Assembly: GCA_964016885.1 (NCBI GenBank)
Contig: OZ024743.1
Span: 269,266,001 to 269,330,000 of the forward strand
Direction: 5' to 3'
DNA: 64,000 nucleotides
DNA from: Eledone cirrhosa
Lineage: Eukaryota
The notes under the pieces were generated by a model that was given only the letters and a program-made list of their open reading frames with translations, did not search any database and had not been told where the DNA came from. The stretch's first letter is position 1, and each line of letters starts with the position of its first letter. Position numbers and translations under genes: made by a program. This document shows positions 15,264 to 28,967 of the stretch, in pieces.

Positions 15264-15316
<53 letters not shown>

Positions 15317-15332
15317 CATACATACATACACG

Positions 15333-15383
<51 letters not shown>

Positions 15384-15442
15384 TTGTGTGCATTATATAT
15401 ATTATAAATATGTGTGTGTGTATGTATATATATATATAAAAG

Positions 15443-15523
<81 letters not shown>

Positions 15524-15864
15524 ATAAACGTATATATAATACCAACACCATAATGAATTGCTAACAATCTATTTTTTACAATTTTCAAGTATTTGCATTA
15601 TATCCATAGACACACACATAGATAAGTATCTACACAGACACACACACACTCACACATGTATACACATATAAATATATATATATATACATATATAGATCAC
15701 ACATAGATAAAAGCATAAGTACATATATTAATTGTTTCTACTTGTGGCACAAGGCCAGCATAACCCAGTGTATTACTGGTACTTTATTTTATCGACAACG
15801 TAAGGATGAAAGGCAAAGTTAACCTCAGCGGGATTTGAACTCAGAATGGCAAGGGCCGTAACTC

Positions 15865-15895
<31 letters not shown>

Positions 15896-16168
15896 TTAAT
15901 AATGGTTTCTTATACAGGCACAAGGCCAGCAATCTTGGGGGAGACGAAAGTCGATTAAATCGATCCCAGTGCATGACTGGTACTTTATTTTATCGACCCC
16001 GTAAGGATGAAAGGCAAAATTAACCTCGGCGGGATTTGAACTCAGAAAATAAAGGGCCGTAACTCTATGCTGCAAAGCATGGCGTCCGACCCTCTACCGA
16101 TACTGCCAATCCACCGCCAATTACATATATTAATGATTACAAATACATACATATGCGTTTGAATGTGT

Positions 16169-16208
<40 letters not shown>

Positions 16209-16223
16209 GTGTGTGTGCGTGTA

Positions 16224-16327
<104 letters not shown>

Positions 16328-16454
16328 TATGTGTATTACAGACATCTAAAAATACAATGATGCATTGCAACTTTCATTTCCACGTAGACTTCTCCAGTAG
16401 AGGTAGTGAGGGGCAAAAATCCGTATAGGTCCACCGGGAACTATCTATACCCAC

Positions 16455-17320
16455 ACTCACTACTACCACCACCATCATCATCACCACAGCCAGCACCAAC
16501 ACCACCACTACCACCACTACCACCACCATCATCATCACCACAGCCAGCACCAACACCACCACTTCCACCACCACTACCACTACCACCACCATCATCATCA
16601 CTGCCAGCACCAACACCACGACCACCACCGCCACCACCACTACCACCACCACCACCATCATCACCACAGCCAGCACCAACACCACCACTACCACCATACC
16701 ACCACCACCACCACCACCACCACTACCACCACCACCACTATCATCACCACAGCCAGCACCAACACCACCACCAGCACCACCATCATCATTTCAGCCAGCA
16801 CCAACACCGCCACCACCACCACCACCATCATCACCTCAGCCAGCACCAACAGCACCAACACCACCACTACCACCACCACCACTATCATCACCACAGCCAG
16901 CACCAACACCACCACCACCACCACCACCACCACCATCATCATTTCAGCCAGCACCAACACCGCCACCACCACCACCACCATCATCACCTCAGCCAGCACC
17001 AACAGCACCAACACCACCACTACCACCACCACTACTATCATCAACCCAGCCAGCACCAACAGCACCAACACCACCACTACCACCACCACTACTATCATCA
17101 ACCCAGCCAGCACCAACAGCACCAACACCACCACTACCACCACCACCACCATCATCACCTCAGCCAGCACCAACAGCACCAACACCACCACTACCACCAC
17201 CACTACTATCATCAACCCAGCCAGCACCAACAGCACCAACACCACCACTACCACCACCACCACCATCACCTCAGCTAGCGCCAGCACCACCACCACCACC
17301 GCCACCATCACCACCATCAA
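16455..17320. repeat. Compound (CCA/CAT/CAG)n trinucleotide-based minisatellite with ~57-60 bp higher-order units
   Basis: Recurrent unit CAGCCAGCACCAACAGCACCAACACCACCACTACCACC... Confidence 0.85.
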
Positions 17321-17549
17321 TAACTACCAAACCACTATTGTTCCCCTAGGTGTATATATTAGTGGGCCAACAGAGCAACAGACCAAAATATCTGGCTCCA
17401 CAGAAGTTCCTCAGGACCAGAACGGTGACCCATACTGAAATGGTTAGTTTAATGAATTAGAACCTCCTCACACCCGCAATACAAGTGTACAGACTTCTGA
17501 CGATGCCTCTTCACGATGTACGTGATCGTGATATATATATGAATGTATG

Positions 17550-17619
<70 letters not shown>

Positions 17620-18941
17620 GCATATATATATATATACATGTGTGTGTGTATGTATCTATGTATGTACTATCTATCTATCTATACACACACACCACGTATA
17701 CACACATATATGTATATTTATATGAAGGTATACACATTATATACCCAATTCACCATATACGATGAACCAGAAACCAGACAAGACAAATAGTGATGACTTC
17801 AATGTATTGTATGGTCAGTAAAAGGTCAGCGCTTCCCGCACCGTCACCTCCACCCTCACACCAAACACTAGCTTTTTATTTCATTCTGCCTACAGACTGG
17901 ACACTGGCCAGCGTTCGCTTGAAGTTTAACGGTTCACCCAATTCGTTGGCTATTTCCACCACATTTGCCTCAAGGGTAACAAATAAAAGCTTTTTCAAAG
18001 ACTTAAGCATAAATTAGATGAGATTTTATATCGAATGGGGAGAAGAAAAGAAAAGAAATAGAATAAAAAATCAAAAGCAAAAACATCTACGCCAACAAAA
18101 TAAAAGTGTGGTGGTGGATTAGCAGACTTGGTATAGTGTTGGATAAATGGTTGTTGTAGTATTTTTTCTGGCTCTTTACATTCTGTGTTCAAATCTAGCC
18201 GAGTTCAGCTTTGCCTTTCATCCTTCTCGGCTCAATAAAATAAAGTACCAGTCATGTACTGGGATTGGTTTAATCAACTTTGACCTCCTAAATTTTCTGG
18301 CGGTGGACCAAAATAAGAAATAATGGTTTTTGATTTAGGCACAGGGTCAACAATTTAGGGTTCTTTATTTCATCCTTACGGGGTCGATGAAATAAAGCAC
18401 CAGTAATGCATCGGCGTCGATTTAATTGACTTTCCCCTCCCTTAAAATTGTCGGCCTTAATAGTACGTCATTTGTGCTTGTATACTCTTTTACCTGTTCC
18501 AGCCATCCGGCTGAGGCCATGCTGGGACAACGCCCTTGTAGCTACACATTCTATCTCCAGCCTGTGTTGGCTGGCCATTGGTGTAAGAGGGAGTTCGTTG
18601 CTGCTGCCCTTAGGTTACCTTCGTACCGTGTTGTGAGCTCATCCGAGATCCTGGATAGCAAGGTGTCACGATGTTTCTTGAAAACATCCACGTATACACA
18701 TGTATATATTTATGTATATATATATATTCGTCCCGGTAAATAGTTATTCTTCCAACATTATTCAAACATTAATGTTGTATGTCATTTGTATATCAAAGCA
18801 TTTATATAGTTATGTCCTAGAAATTAATTTTTAAAATATCATCTACTTCGTTAATCTTTTCGACGTACCAGTAATCAATATAACCTACAGGTTTCTCGCG
18901 TGCAAACTATTAATTTATTACATCACCAATTTTCCCTTTTG

Positions 18942-19045
<104 letters not shown>

Positions 19046-19050
19046 GTATA

Positions 19051-19246
19051 TAAAAGGTAAACAGAAATAACAACACAAACGGTACAGTATATGGAAGGAA
19101 TATATTATTTTAACGCTTGAAATAGCAGGAAGAGGGTCTTAACGTTTCGGACGCTAGTCTTTCCCCAGAAGAAAGAATGAGAAATTAAAAAGATTGAAGG
19201 CACGGGCAGGGCGAAATCGGAAAAAACTTTTTAGAGAATAATAACA
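19051..19246 (-). mobile_element. PLE-type terminal fragment with a minimal hammerhead (19137-19172); second copy 21826-22021
   Basis: Two ~195-bp copies, each abutting a microsatellite. The reverse-complement consensus of the two copies is TTCTT-CTGATGA-A-GGAC-TAGC-GTCC-GAAAC-GTT-AAGA. Confidence 0.7.
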
Positions 19247-20410
19247 TGCAATATGGAGATGCTCCATATTTTAAAATATAATAAAATGCTGCTTAACAAC
19301 AAGATAGAGCGAACACTCTTCTGTTGGCACAAAGCAGCCACCAAATTCTCCAACTTCAAACCGCAACCGACATGATTCGATCCAGCAATCTCGATATTCA
19401 GTCAGAACCACCCGGATTTAAATGTACTAACTTCACACCACTCCTCTGTTATTAGCTGTCAACTGACCAACTAGTCATTAAATCAACATCGGGAATCCCC
19501 AACATACTCTCCCTTTCTCTCTATAGTCGCATCACCTCCATTAAGATAAAACAATCAATCTACCAGACCTTAATCACCCATATATCATCACTGTCCCTTT
19601 CACTTTTTAATCTCTATTTATCTATTTACTGTTCGCCGATCCTTAGTCCTATTCTTTAATGTCTCATCCTCGAATCCTTATTCTTTATTTTCTATCTCCT
19701 GTTCTTTATCTCTTCTCTCTTACTTTTTATTTTTTATTTTAATCCTCTATTATTTTGTACTTTTTGCATTTTTATTTCGCCAATTTATGAACTCAATACA
19801 CTATATTAGCACGATGCCCACTCAACATCATTTCGCGTATCATATATCGTATTTCTTTTCATGTTATTGTTATCATTACTATTATATTTTTTATATCTTC
19901 ATTGTTAAATTAGTCTTGCCATTGTGCACTTTTACTCGACCTTATTGTAAACCCCCACTGTCCCTGTCTTTGTATTGTCCCCTACATGTCGGCCCTTGTG
20001 GCTAATAAATGAAATCGTTATTGTTATCATTACTGTCATCACTATTTTACACATCCACTTGCCATTATAACTTCAACTACCACCACCACTATTATCAGTA
20101 ACCGTATTTTTTTTTACTTTTTTATCATTTTTTATTTTTTTTATACATTTTAAAAATTATCTTTTATTATTGGTGTTATTGTTTTCATTCTCTTGATTCT
20201 CCGATGTATCTATAAATACCAGTGCCATGTGTTACACCCTCCAGTATTCCGATGATTTGATCAGAGACACACACACTGTATTTAAGGTCGAGTGATGCAA
20301 TTTTTAGTGATCAGCGGCCTTTAGTCTCACCTGATCAATGAAACAATTGTTAATACTGTAAATAAAACCCTTTTTGTACAGCCGACCATGTTATTCTTCA
20401 CTCTTTCACT
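19246..20410 (+). mobile_element. Degenerate PLE 3' end: GIY-YIG C-terminal remnant, 3' UTR and hammerhead
   Basis: Reads CNMEMLHILKYNKMLLNNKIERTLFCWHK, resembling the PLE endonuclease C-terminus. Hammerhead at 20242-20358, then AATAAA at 20361 and (TA)n. Confidence 0.5.
20242..20358 (+). ncRNA. Type I hammerhead motif with extended stem II (core CCGAUGA, U4C)
   Basis: Stem I CAGTATT/AATACTG (7 bp, perfect), stem II TTGATCAG.../...CTGATCAA, GAAAC-AATT-GTT palindromic stem III. Confidence 0.7.
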
Positions 20411-21131
20411 ATATATATATATATAACCTAACTTTCGGTGCATACTATGTTGGTATATATATTTTTTCTCTGACCTCGCGTCGGTCTGTGTGAGTGTGTG
20501 TACGCATTCACTAATTTTGACCGACCGAAATTCTACAGATTTGATGTTGAGATTAGACCCGTCGAGCGTCTTTTACAGCTATTGGGAGGTAGAGACTTGA
20601 TAGGTTTATGACCCTGACTGAAGAACGATAGCAGCTGGCGTGTTTTGGTTGCTGAATCTTCATATGGAGAACAGAACTCTAGTGAGTGAACATCGTTAGT
20701 TTTTCCTCCCTCATATCAAAGATTTGAAGACAATCCATTATTCATCTGATGAGACCAGTGATAATCGATCATGACTACACGATCGATCTATCTCTTATTG
20801 AAACATGTGTTGTGATTAAAATGATTGGAAATTTATACCATGCCTTCGGATCTTTATTTTGCTACAAATACACCGCTTTACATCATCTAGCTGTTCCCAC
20901 ACATAGTCTGGATACATGTGTCTAGACAATACCTTACCTTTGCATTTTATGTTATAAAACGAAATAATAAAAAATAATGAAATAATAAAAAATTTCTTAT
21001 AATTTATATTGTGAGCTGACTTTTATGTACTGTGACTGTCTGCAACACTTTAATCAGCCTATAATTTTGTCAGACACCTTGATTAATTACTTCATGTATT
21101 AATAAATATTTTAATATATAAATAAATAAAT

Positions 21132-21308
<177 letters not shown>

Positions 21309-21311
21309 CAT

Positions 21312-21358
<47 letters not shown>

Positions 21359-21394
21359 TATATATACATACACACACACACACACACACACACT

Positions 21395-21606
<212 letters not shown>

Positions 21607-21607
21607 C

Positions 21608-21647
<40 letters not shown>

Positions 21648-21650
21648 CAT

Positions 21651-21736
<86 letters not shown>

Positions 21737-22172
21737 ATATATATTGTTAAACTTGGGGAGGGTCATATTGTTGTAATAATATTGCCAGAAATAATACATA
21801 TATATATATATGTGTGTGTGTGTGTAAAAGGTAAACAGAAATAACAACACAATCGGTAGAATATATGGAAGAAATATATTAGGCTAACACTTGAAATAGC
21901 AGGATGAGGTTCTTAACGTTTTGGACGCTAGTCCTTCATCAGAAGAAAGAATGAGACATAAAATAGGTTGAAGGGACGGGTGGGTTGGAATTGGAAAATA
22001 TATCTTTAGATAAAAATAACAGGTCCATTCATGTTGACATCTCTTGGAAAACTGTTGATGCTGGCGTTTTGTGTATGATATATTTTGTTAGAAAAGTGGA
22101 TGATGTAGTGCGTCTACCTGAAATAGAACAAAACCGTTTTGTATAAAGAGCTATACTTTTGCGCGTGCGTAT

Positions 22173-22272
<100 letters not shown>

Positions 22273-22681
22273 ACACGTCCGTACGAAGGTTAGAAGATAT
22301 GTGTGTATATGTAAGTAAAAGGGTATGTGTGTGTACTTGTAAGTACGAATGTATGAGCAAAAGTATGTTAATATAAGGGTGTGTGTGTGTGTGTAAACAG
22401 AGCTGTGAAGGGAAACGTGGGGTGTGCATATTTTGTTGGTCTGTATTAGTTGTACTGTATTAGTTGTAAGAGTATATGTTTATGACCATAAGAGAGCCAT
22501 AGGAATCTAGGGGTGACGGGGTATTAAAGAAACTGGAGAGGGGAGTTGAGTCCATGAGGGGAAACAGGACCGAAGGCGGTAAATCCGACTCTGTTCAGTC
22601 GTGGTGCGCGAGGCCTGTGATCCGTGATGCAAAAGGACACCCAGGACTGAGACATATAGGGAAGGGTGACCAGAAGAACGA

Positions 22682-23573
22682 AAAAATTAAAAAGCAGAGT
22701 TAAAGACTCACGCTAATCCCCTATAATTTAATTGTTTCTACGTTTGGCACAAGGCCAGCAATTACCCAGTGCATTACTGGTACTTTATTTTATCGACCCG
22801 GTAAGGATGAAAGGCAAAGTTAACCTCGGCGGGATTTGAACTCAGAATGGCAAGGGCCGTGACTCTATACGTCAAAGCATGGCGTCCGATCCTCTACCGA
22901 TACTGCCAATCCAAATGACCGCAAGGAATAGATTCGGGGCTCTTTATAAAACAGTATATAGAGAGAAATACACATCTGCCGATGAGCCCTCTACAATATG
23001 GAATCTACACTTTTTATGGCGAAACATACTCTAATTATAGCATGTCAAGGTGTAATAGTTATTATTGCATGGTTAGTACACTTTAATTTATTCATTTAAT
23101 TGATCTGTATTCTCCTTTCCTTTCGTAGACAATATGTTCTTCACTCTGGTGGTTTTCTATCCCCTATGATTAAACACATACCTCTTTGTGTACTTCTCTC
23201 TATATACTGATTTATAAAGAGTCCGGAATCTATTCCTTGAGCTCATTAAATTATAGGGGATTAACGCGAGTCTTTAACTCTGTTTTTTAATTTGATATAT
23301 GACTCCTAATTCATTTCTATATTTAAGTAGAGCTTCTTAGGTTGAATGGCTCTGAGCTGCTGTTTTTAGCGGTCTTTTAGTACATTCACACCACTATATA
23401 ACGTGTGTGTTTTCTCGCTACACCATGTGCATATTTTAGTTATCTAATATATTTTAGAAGTGTGGACCATATTGTAGTCCACCTGTATTCTCCTTTCCTT
23501 TCATAGACAATATGTTCTTTACTCTGGTGGTTTTCTATCCCCTATAATTAAACACATACCTCTTTGTGTACTT
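22682..23573. mobile_element. Pseudo-LTR-like element with inverted arms (22682-22975 / 23186-23293), a direct repeat (23105-23193 / 23483-23573) and a hammerhead at 22971-23053; SINE inserted in the left arm
   Basis: AGAGTTAAAGACTC..AAGGAATAGATTC..CAGTATATAGAGAG is the reverse complement of 23186-23293. Hammerhead: CCGATGA-GCC..GGC-GAAACATACT..AGCATGTC-AAGGTGT. Confidence 0.65.
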
Positions 23574-23759
23574 TATTTTATCGACCCCGTATGGATGAAA
23601 GGCAGGAAGATAGGATTAAATCCCCATAATTGTTTATGCATTATATATATTTCTGTTACATGGTTATTCACGTGACGTCGTCAGTTGCTAACGTAATCAT
23701 TGGTGCAGTTATGAAATCATAGTGATATGCCGGTGTGACCATGCACGTCCATCCAGTAC

Positions 23760-24973
23760 TATAGACGAGAGACCCCAAATTCTCCACTCACATTATGCTA
23801 AACCCATGGCCTCCAAATACCTTATACTCAAAAACTCAGCGATGTCCAATAGTGCTAAGTTTAATATTCTGATTGCAGACTTGATAAGAGTGATGAAGAA
23901 TGTGTCCCGCATGTGCGATCCAACTGAACTGGAAATACACGTATAACACTTCATCAATCGCATGCAGTTCTCTGACTAAAACCACAGAGACAGAATCAGG
24001 GGGTACAAAGGAGCCACGGATAAATATAAGACCCTCATAGAGATGGATATGAAAGGGGCTTGCCTATTTTACAGGAGCAAATCATGGAATAGCATAGATA
24101 GGACTAAACATAAGATAGGAAATGCCACTTCACTGTACAACAACCAGGGATACCAGAGTATCAGGTTCGTGGATGCAACCCTTGGAGGTGAATTAGCTAA
24201 CCAATTTAGAAAGGCCATAAGAAAGACCCATTTAAAGATTAAAGTGGTAGGAAAGCCAGGAACTACCATAGAATCCATGATCAGCAAAACTTACCCCTTT
24301 ACGAAAACCCACTGTACTAATAAGAAATGTATCATACGTAGAATAAATCCACAAATAAATTGTAAAACTAGAAATGTAATCTAAAGCATAGGATGTACAG
24401 AGGGTACTTGCAGAAACATGACAACGACATACGTAGGAAAGACAGCTCGGAGCAAAGAGGAGAGAATAGACCAATACTGGGGTGAACTAAAAGGACAAAA
24501 AGACGGTTCGGTACCACATGAACACGCCAGACGAAGACATGATGGTAATATAGACAACATAGAAATTAAAATAACATCTAAACATAGTAATGACTCAACA
24601 GGTAGGCATATCAGAGAAGCAACTGCAATAGAACTAAGTAAACCAAAGTTGAACAGAAAGAACGAATGGAATAACAACAACCATACCCAAACAAACAATA
24701 CTGACCTAAGATAAATATAAATAAATATATATACAGGTACAATAGCAGCACACATACATAAACACACACTAGAGAGCAAAGATAGAATACAAACACACAC
24801 AGACTAAAACACGAACATACACCAAACAGAAAACACACACACAAATGCATGCGCAAACAGAGACAAAAATAAATATATAAATAAATAAAATAGAATAGAC
24901 ATTTCAATACAACAGGAGGAAACATAATAGTACGACTGATAATGTCACAAGTGTGTGGCGAAAGAACTTTGAA

Positions 24974-24980
<7 letters not shown>
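23760..24980 (+). mobile_element. Penelope-like retroelement, Naiad-like, 5'-truncated pseudogene (RT thumb plus GIY-YIG) with a 3' hammerhead remnant
   Basis: HYAKPMASKYLILKNSAM..K..IL.ADLIRVMKN; YRSKSW..YQSIRFVDATLGGELA..IKVVGKPG..PF..C..C..NCKTRNVI*..C..C..YVGKTARS..H..H..R..REA..I..P.LNRKNEW, with stops. CTGATAA-T-GTCAC/GTGGC-GAAAG at 24936-24964. Confidence 0.8.
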
Positions 24981-25005
<25 letters not shown>

Positions 25006-25175
25006 ACTACCACTACAGGAATTGAATAATCAAAACCTTAGTGGTATGTCGCATATCCAATCTCTCATATATTTTATCTGATGAAAACGTACTAAAACAA
25101 CATTGTACCTTTGAAATATGTATGATAAAATATATATTTTGGTTATGAGAATATTTTTCATTTATTAATATTTTG

Positions 25176-25244
<69 letters not shown>

Positions 25245-25395
25245 CTATATATGTTTTTATATCTATATTTGTAACTTGGTCAATCAATGATAAACATTGA
25301 TTGCCAGCTAAATTAACTATAGCGATATAATATAGACAGAAGCGAAAACCAAGCCAAACCAAACAGTGAGCGTGTTTTATTATTATTTCTGGCAA

Positions 25396-25820
25396 AAGGG
25401 CGGTGGATTGGCAGTATCGGTAGAGGGTTGGACGCCATGCTTTGTAGCATAGAGTTACGGCCCTTTATGATCTGAGATCAAATCCCGGCGAGGTTAACTT
25501 TGTCTTTCATCCTTACAGGGTCGATAAAATAAAGTACCAGTAATACACTGGGATAATTGCTGGCCTTGTGCCAAAAGTAGAAACAATTATTATTTCTGGC
25601 AAAAGGGCGGTGGATTGGCAGTATCGGTAGAGGGTTGGATGCCATGCTTTGTAGCATAGAGTTACGGCCCTTTATGATCTGAGATCAAATGCCGCCGAGG
25701 TTAACTTTGCCTTTCATCCTTGCGGGGTCGATAAAATAAAGTACCAGTCACGCACTGGGGTCGATTTAATCGACTTCCCCCTCCCCCAAAATATGTGTCT
25801 GTATAAGAAACCATTATTAT
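25396..25820 (+). mobile_element. Two head-to-tail family-A SINEs sharing a triplicated target site
   Basis: TTATTATTTCTGGCAA occurs before the first copy, between the copies and after the second copy. Confidence 0.85.
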
Positions 25821-25849
25821 TTCTGGCAATATTATAACAATATAACCCT

Positions 25850-26730
25850 CGATATCTGTTCGCAATTTTCAACTGCTAATTTTATGCAAATTGTTTTTAC
25901 TTCCGTTGTCACTCTTGTCTTCATAAAAACAGTGACTATATTTCCATTATTTATTTTCAGAATAATTGATTATGAATAATTTTGAACCTCCAAATTTGTG
26001 GAAGAGACACGGAGTTCTTCTTGGAATCCGCGCCGGGAGGACAACTAGGACCAGAAGATCAACTCCCAGAACAACAGGTGGCTCGCTGTCTCATCCAAAG
26101 ACGTGCCCAGAGTCATGCAGACAAAGTTTCCAGCGACAACATTGGTCTTAGGTTATGTTAACAGTCAAGGTGACGTCATTCCACCTCACATTTTCACTGA
26201 GGGCTTCAAGCTGAACACCGATGGCTACATCCGCGTTCTGAGCGAGGTAGTAAAGCCCTGGATCGACCAGATAGCTGCAGGTAGGCTGTACGTGTGGCGG
26301 CAAGACTCAGCGCCCTGCCATACCAGCCGAAAGACCCAAGCCTGGCTGTCAGAGAACTTCGTCAACCACACTTCACCTGACATCTGGCCTCCCAGCTCGC
26401 CTGACTGCAACCCCCTCGACTTCTTTGTGTGGGGCGCAGTGGAACGGGACACCAACAGATCTAGCTGCAATATGAAAGACGATCTGAAGGCCAGTATCAC
26501 AAGTGCCTTTAGGGGCCTAAGTCGGGGGACAGTGACGAAGGCCTGTAGCTGGTTCCGAGGCCGCCTTGAGGCCGTCATCAAAGCCAATGGCGGGTTTATC
26601 GAGTGAGATCGAAAGAAAAAGTCATGAAGACAAACTGACCCAAGTTTGATAAATATATCTTAAAAAATAAAACTACTGTGTTATTTTTTCCTAGACAGTA
26701 ATCTTGCGAACAGATATCGTCCGCACCCTG
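25850..26730 (+). mobile_element. Tc1/mariner DD37D (maT) transposon, internally deleted
   Basis: TIR remnant CGATATCTGTTCGCAA (25850-25865) matches TTGCGAACAGATATCGTCCGCACCCTG (ends 26730, then TA). Transposase 26103-26606 has QDSAPCH...SPDCNPLD with 37 residues between the Ds. The HTH and first D region is deleted. Confidence 0.9.
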
Positions 26731-26738
26731 TATATATA

Positions 26739-28042
26739 CAGGGTGGGGCATAAAAACTGTTACAAAATAAAATGCAAATAGTTCTTGAAAAAAACATTTA
26801 TTTCAAGATCTGACTTCAACAAATAGTAAGTAATATACTATTAAACAACTGCACACAAATTTATTCGAAATGATTTCCTCTAACTCTCACCACCGCTGGA
26901 AGTCTTCTAGGAAAGTCTTCGATGACTGCACGAACAGTTTCCATGGGTATTTTCTCCCATACTTTATTCAGTTTTGATTTTAGAGTTTCAATATTTTGGC
27001 TAGGAGTAGAGCAGGTTTCACTCTCAAGAATTGGCCATAAAGAAAAATCGAGAGGGTTGAGATCTGGTGATGTGGGAGGCCACTCTTCCTTACTGATCCA
27101 TGCAGAACAATGGTCTCTACACCACTGTTGTGTTATGCAAGCAGTGTGGCTCGTCGCTCCATCTTGTTGGAGAGTCCAAATGTCATCGCCATAAACAGAT
27201 ATGCACCATGGCATCAGTGCTCCTTCCAAAATATCCTTTATGCAAAGTTATTTGTTAATTTTAACTCCTTGAGGCACAAAAATCAGAGGAGACTTACCTC
27301 TTTCAGAAATGGCTGTCCAAATCACCACTGATGCTGGTTTCTGTGTTCTGAACACTTTTCCTACACTTGAAGGAATTGATTTGAGACTTTTTGCAAGTAC
27401 TCGATCACTTTGATGATTGTGAGACTGCTACACAGTGAATAACTTCTCATCTGTAAAGATGATGTTTTGCAGCGTGCCATCCTTGATACAGTTCAATAAC
27501 AGTTTACTTCTGGAGAGCCTCTTTTCAATTGTGGCTGCAGAAAGAAGCTCCCTCTTTTGGAACTTATAGGGTGACATCCCCAGATCATCTCGACATATCC
27601 TCCGCATAGTTCTCGGCGATGTTTCTGCTTCTTCTGCCATTTTTCTCATGGACCTTCTTGGATTACGCCTTATTTTTTCCCTCACACTTTTAACGAGTTT
27701 TGGTGTTCTTGAGGTGCGAGGGCGTCTGGATCGAGGTCTGTCTTTGATCGAGGAAGTTTCCTTAAATCGATCGATTGTCCTTTTGATCAACATTCTATTG
27801 ATCTTAAGAATTTCCCCCAGTTTAAATATCTTGGGTGGAGTCAGGCCTTTTTCATGCTTCTCTATTATGAACTTTCTTTTCAATTCTATGGACATTGCAA
27901 ATTGTTAATGGAGTAATGTTCTGAAAAATAGTAAATATGGTTATAGTGCATGGATTTGATACAAATATATTAGTTATATTAGCAACATAATGTATTTTTA
28001 AATTGATTTAAAACTTTGTAACAGGAATTATGCCCCACCCTG
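26739..28042 (-). mobile_element. Tc1/mariner DD37D (maT) transposon, full length 1304 bp
   Basis: 28-bp TIRs CAGGGTGGGGCATAA(AAA/TTC)CTGTTACAAA flanked by TA, enclosing an HTH plus DDD transposase. Confidence 0.95.
26861..27895 (-). pseudogene. DD37D transposase with two in-frame nonsense codons
   Basis: One reading frame: MSIELKR..RPRSRRPRT..IIFTDEKLFTV*QSHNHQSDRV..VKINK*L..QQDGATSH(37 aa)..SPDLNPLD..GNHFE*. Confidence 0.9.
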
Positions 28043-28060
28043 TATATATATATATATATA

Positions 28061-28660
28061 ATGAAAAATTAGAAATTAGAAGTTAGGATTATCGATCATC
28101 AGTTGTCTGCTAGGCACCATAGGTATTTCTTCGCATTACAGACAAGATACTTCAGCCTAGGGCGAAACAATAACTAAATTAAGTTATTGGGATAAAAAAG
28201 AAGTGGGTGGAGAAAGAGTAAGACATGTAAACAGACACGATGGGTGAAGCAACGTAAAGAGAGGAAAAAAGAAAAAATATCAAGTCAATAATTCATTTCG
28301 AACATAAGAATAGGCGAATTTTGACGAGGAGAAAAAGACTACGTCTTGACTGTACGAGTATGAGCGAGAAGAAAGATCGCGTACAGTGCTGGACGATGGA
28401 GGAAGTGAGAGAGAGGGTGAGTAGCAGAGAGTGAGTGAGTGAAAGTACGAGGAATAGGCTAGCCGAGAGAGTGTGACTAGCAGAGGGGGTGAATGAAAGT
28501 AAGAGGGAGAATGAGAGAGCGAGAAGGGAGAGAGAGAGAGAGGGGATAGCAGCAAGGGAAGAGAAAAAAGACGGGTCACAGCAAAAGGGGGAAGCTTATA
28601 TGAATCAAAATGGTGAGCTGTGTTGTTGTTGCATTTAAGTATAATGAAAACTTAGAAATA
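28061..28660. repeat. (TA)n-flanked interspersed repeat (second copy ~59891-60400)
   Basis: Shared blocks TCATCAGT, GTAGCAGAGAGTGAGTGAGTGAAAGT, AGACGGGTCACAGC and TATATGAAT. Confidence 0.65.
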
Positions 28661-28897
28661 TATATATATATATGACGGGTCGATATATCACAAAAATAGG
28701 TCGTCAACATTTATACAGGTGAAATACGTCGGACGAAATCGTATCTGGGTGGTTTACAATTACGTAACAGATATCATGGAAATACTTATAACAGCTATTA
28801 CGTAATAAAATGTGGTAAAGTATAATGTTATTGCCTTCCACTTCTTTATTATATATATATGTACATATATATGTGTGTGTGTGAGTATGTATGTGTA

Positions 28898-28967
<70 letters not shown>

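Noticed and set aside
16406-17320. His/Pro-rich 290-aa ORF and its Val-rich antisense ORF
   Set aside because: A (CCA)n-based minisatellite open in several frames. It lacks a signal peptide and the Gly-His repeats of known cephalopod His-rich beak proteins.
24382-24384. In-frame stop in the Naiad-like PLE as a selenocysteine codon
   Set aside because: The codon is TAA at the GIY tyrosine position, not TGA at a Cys position.
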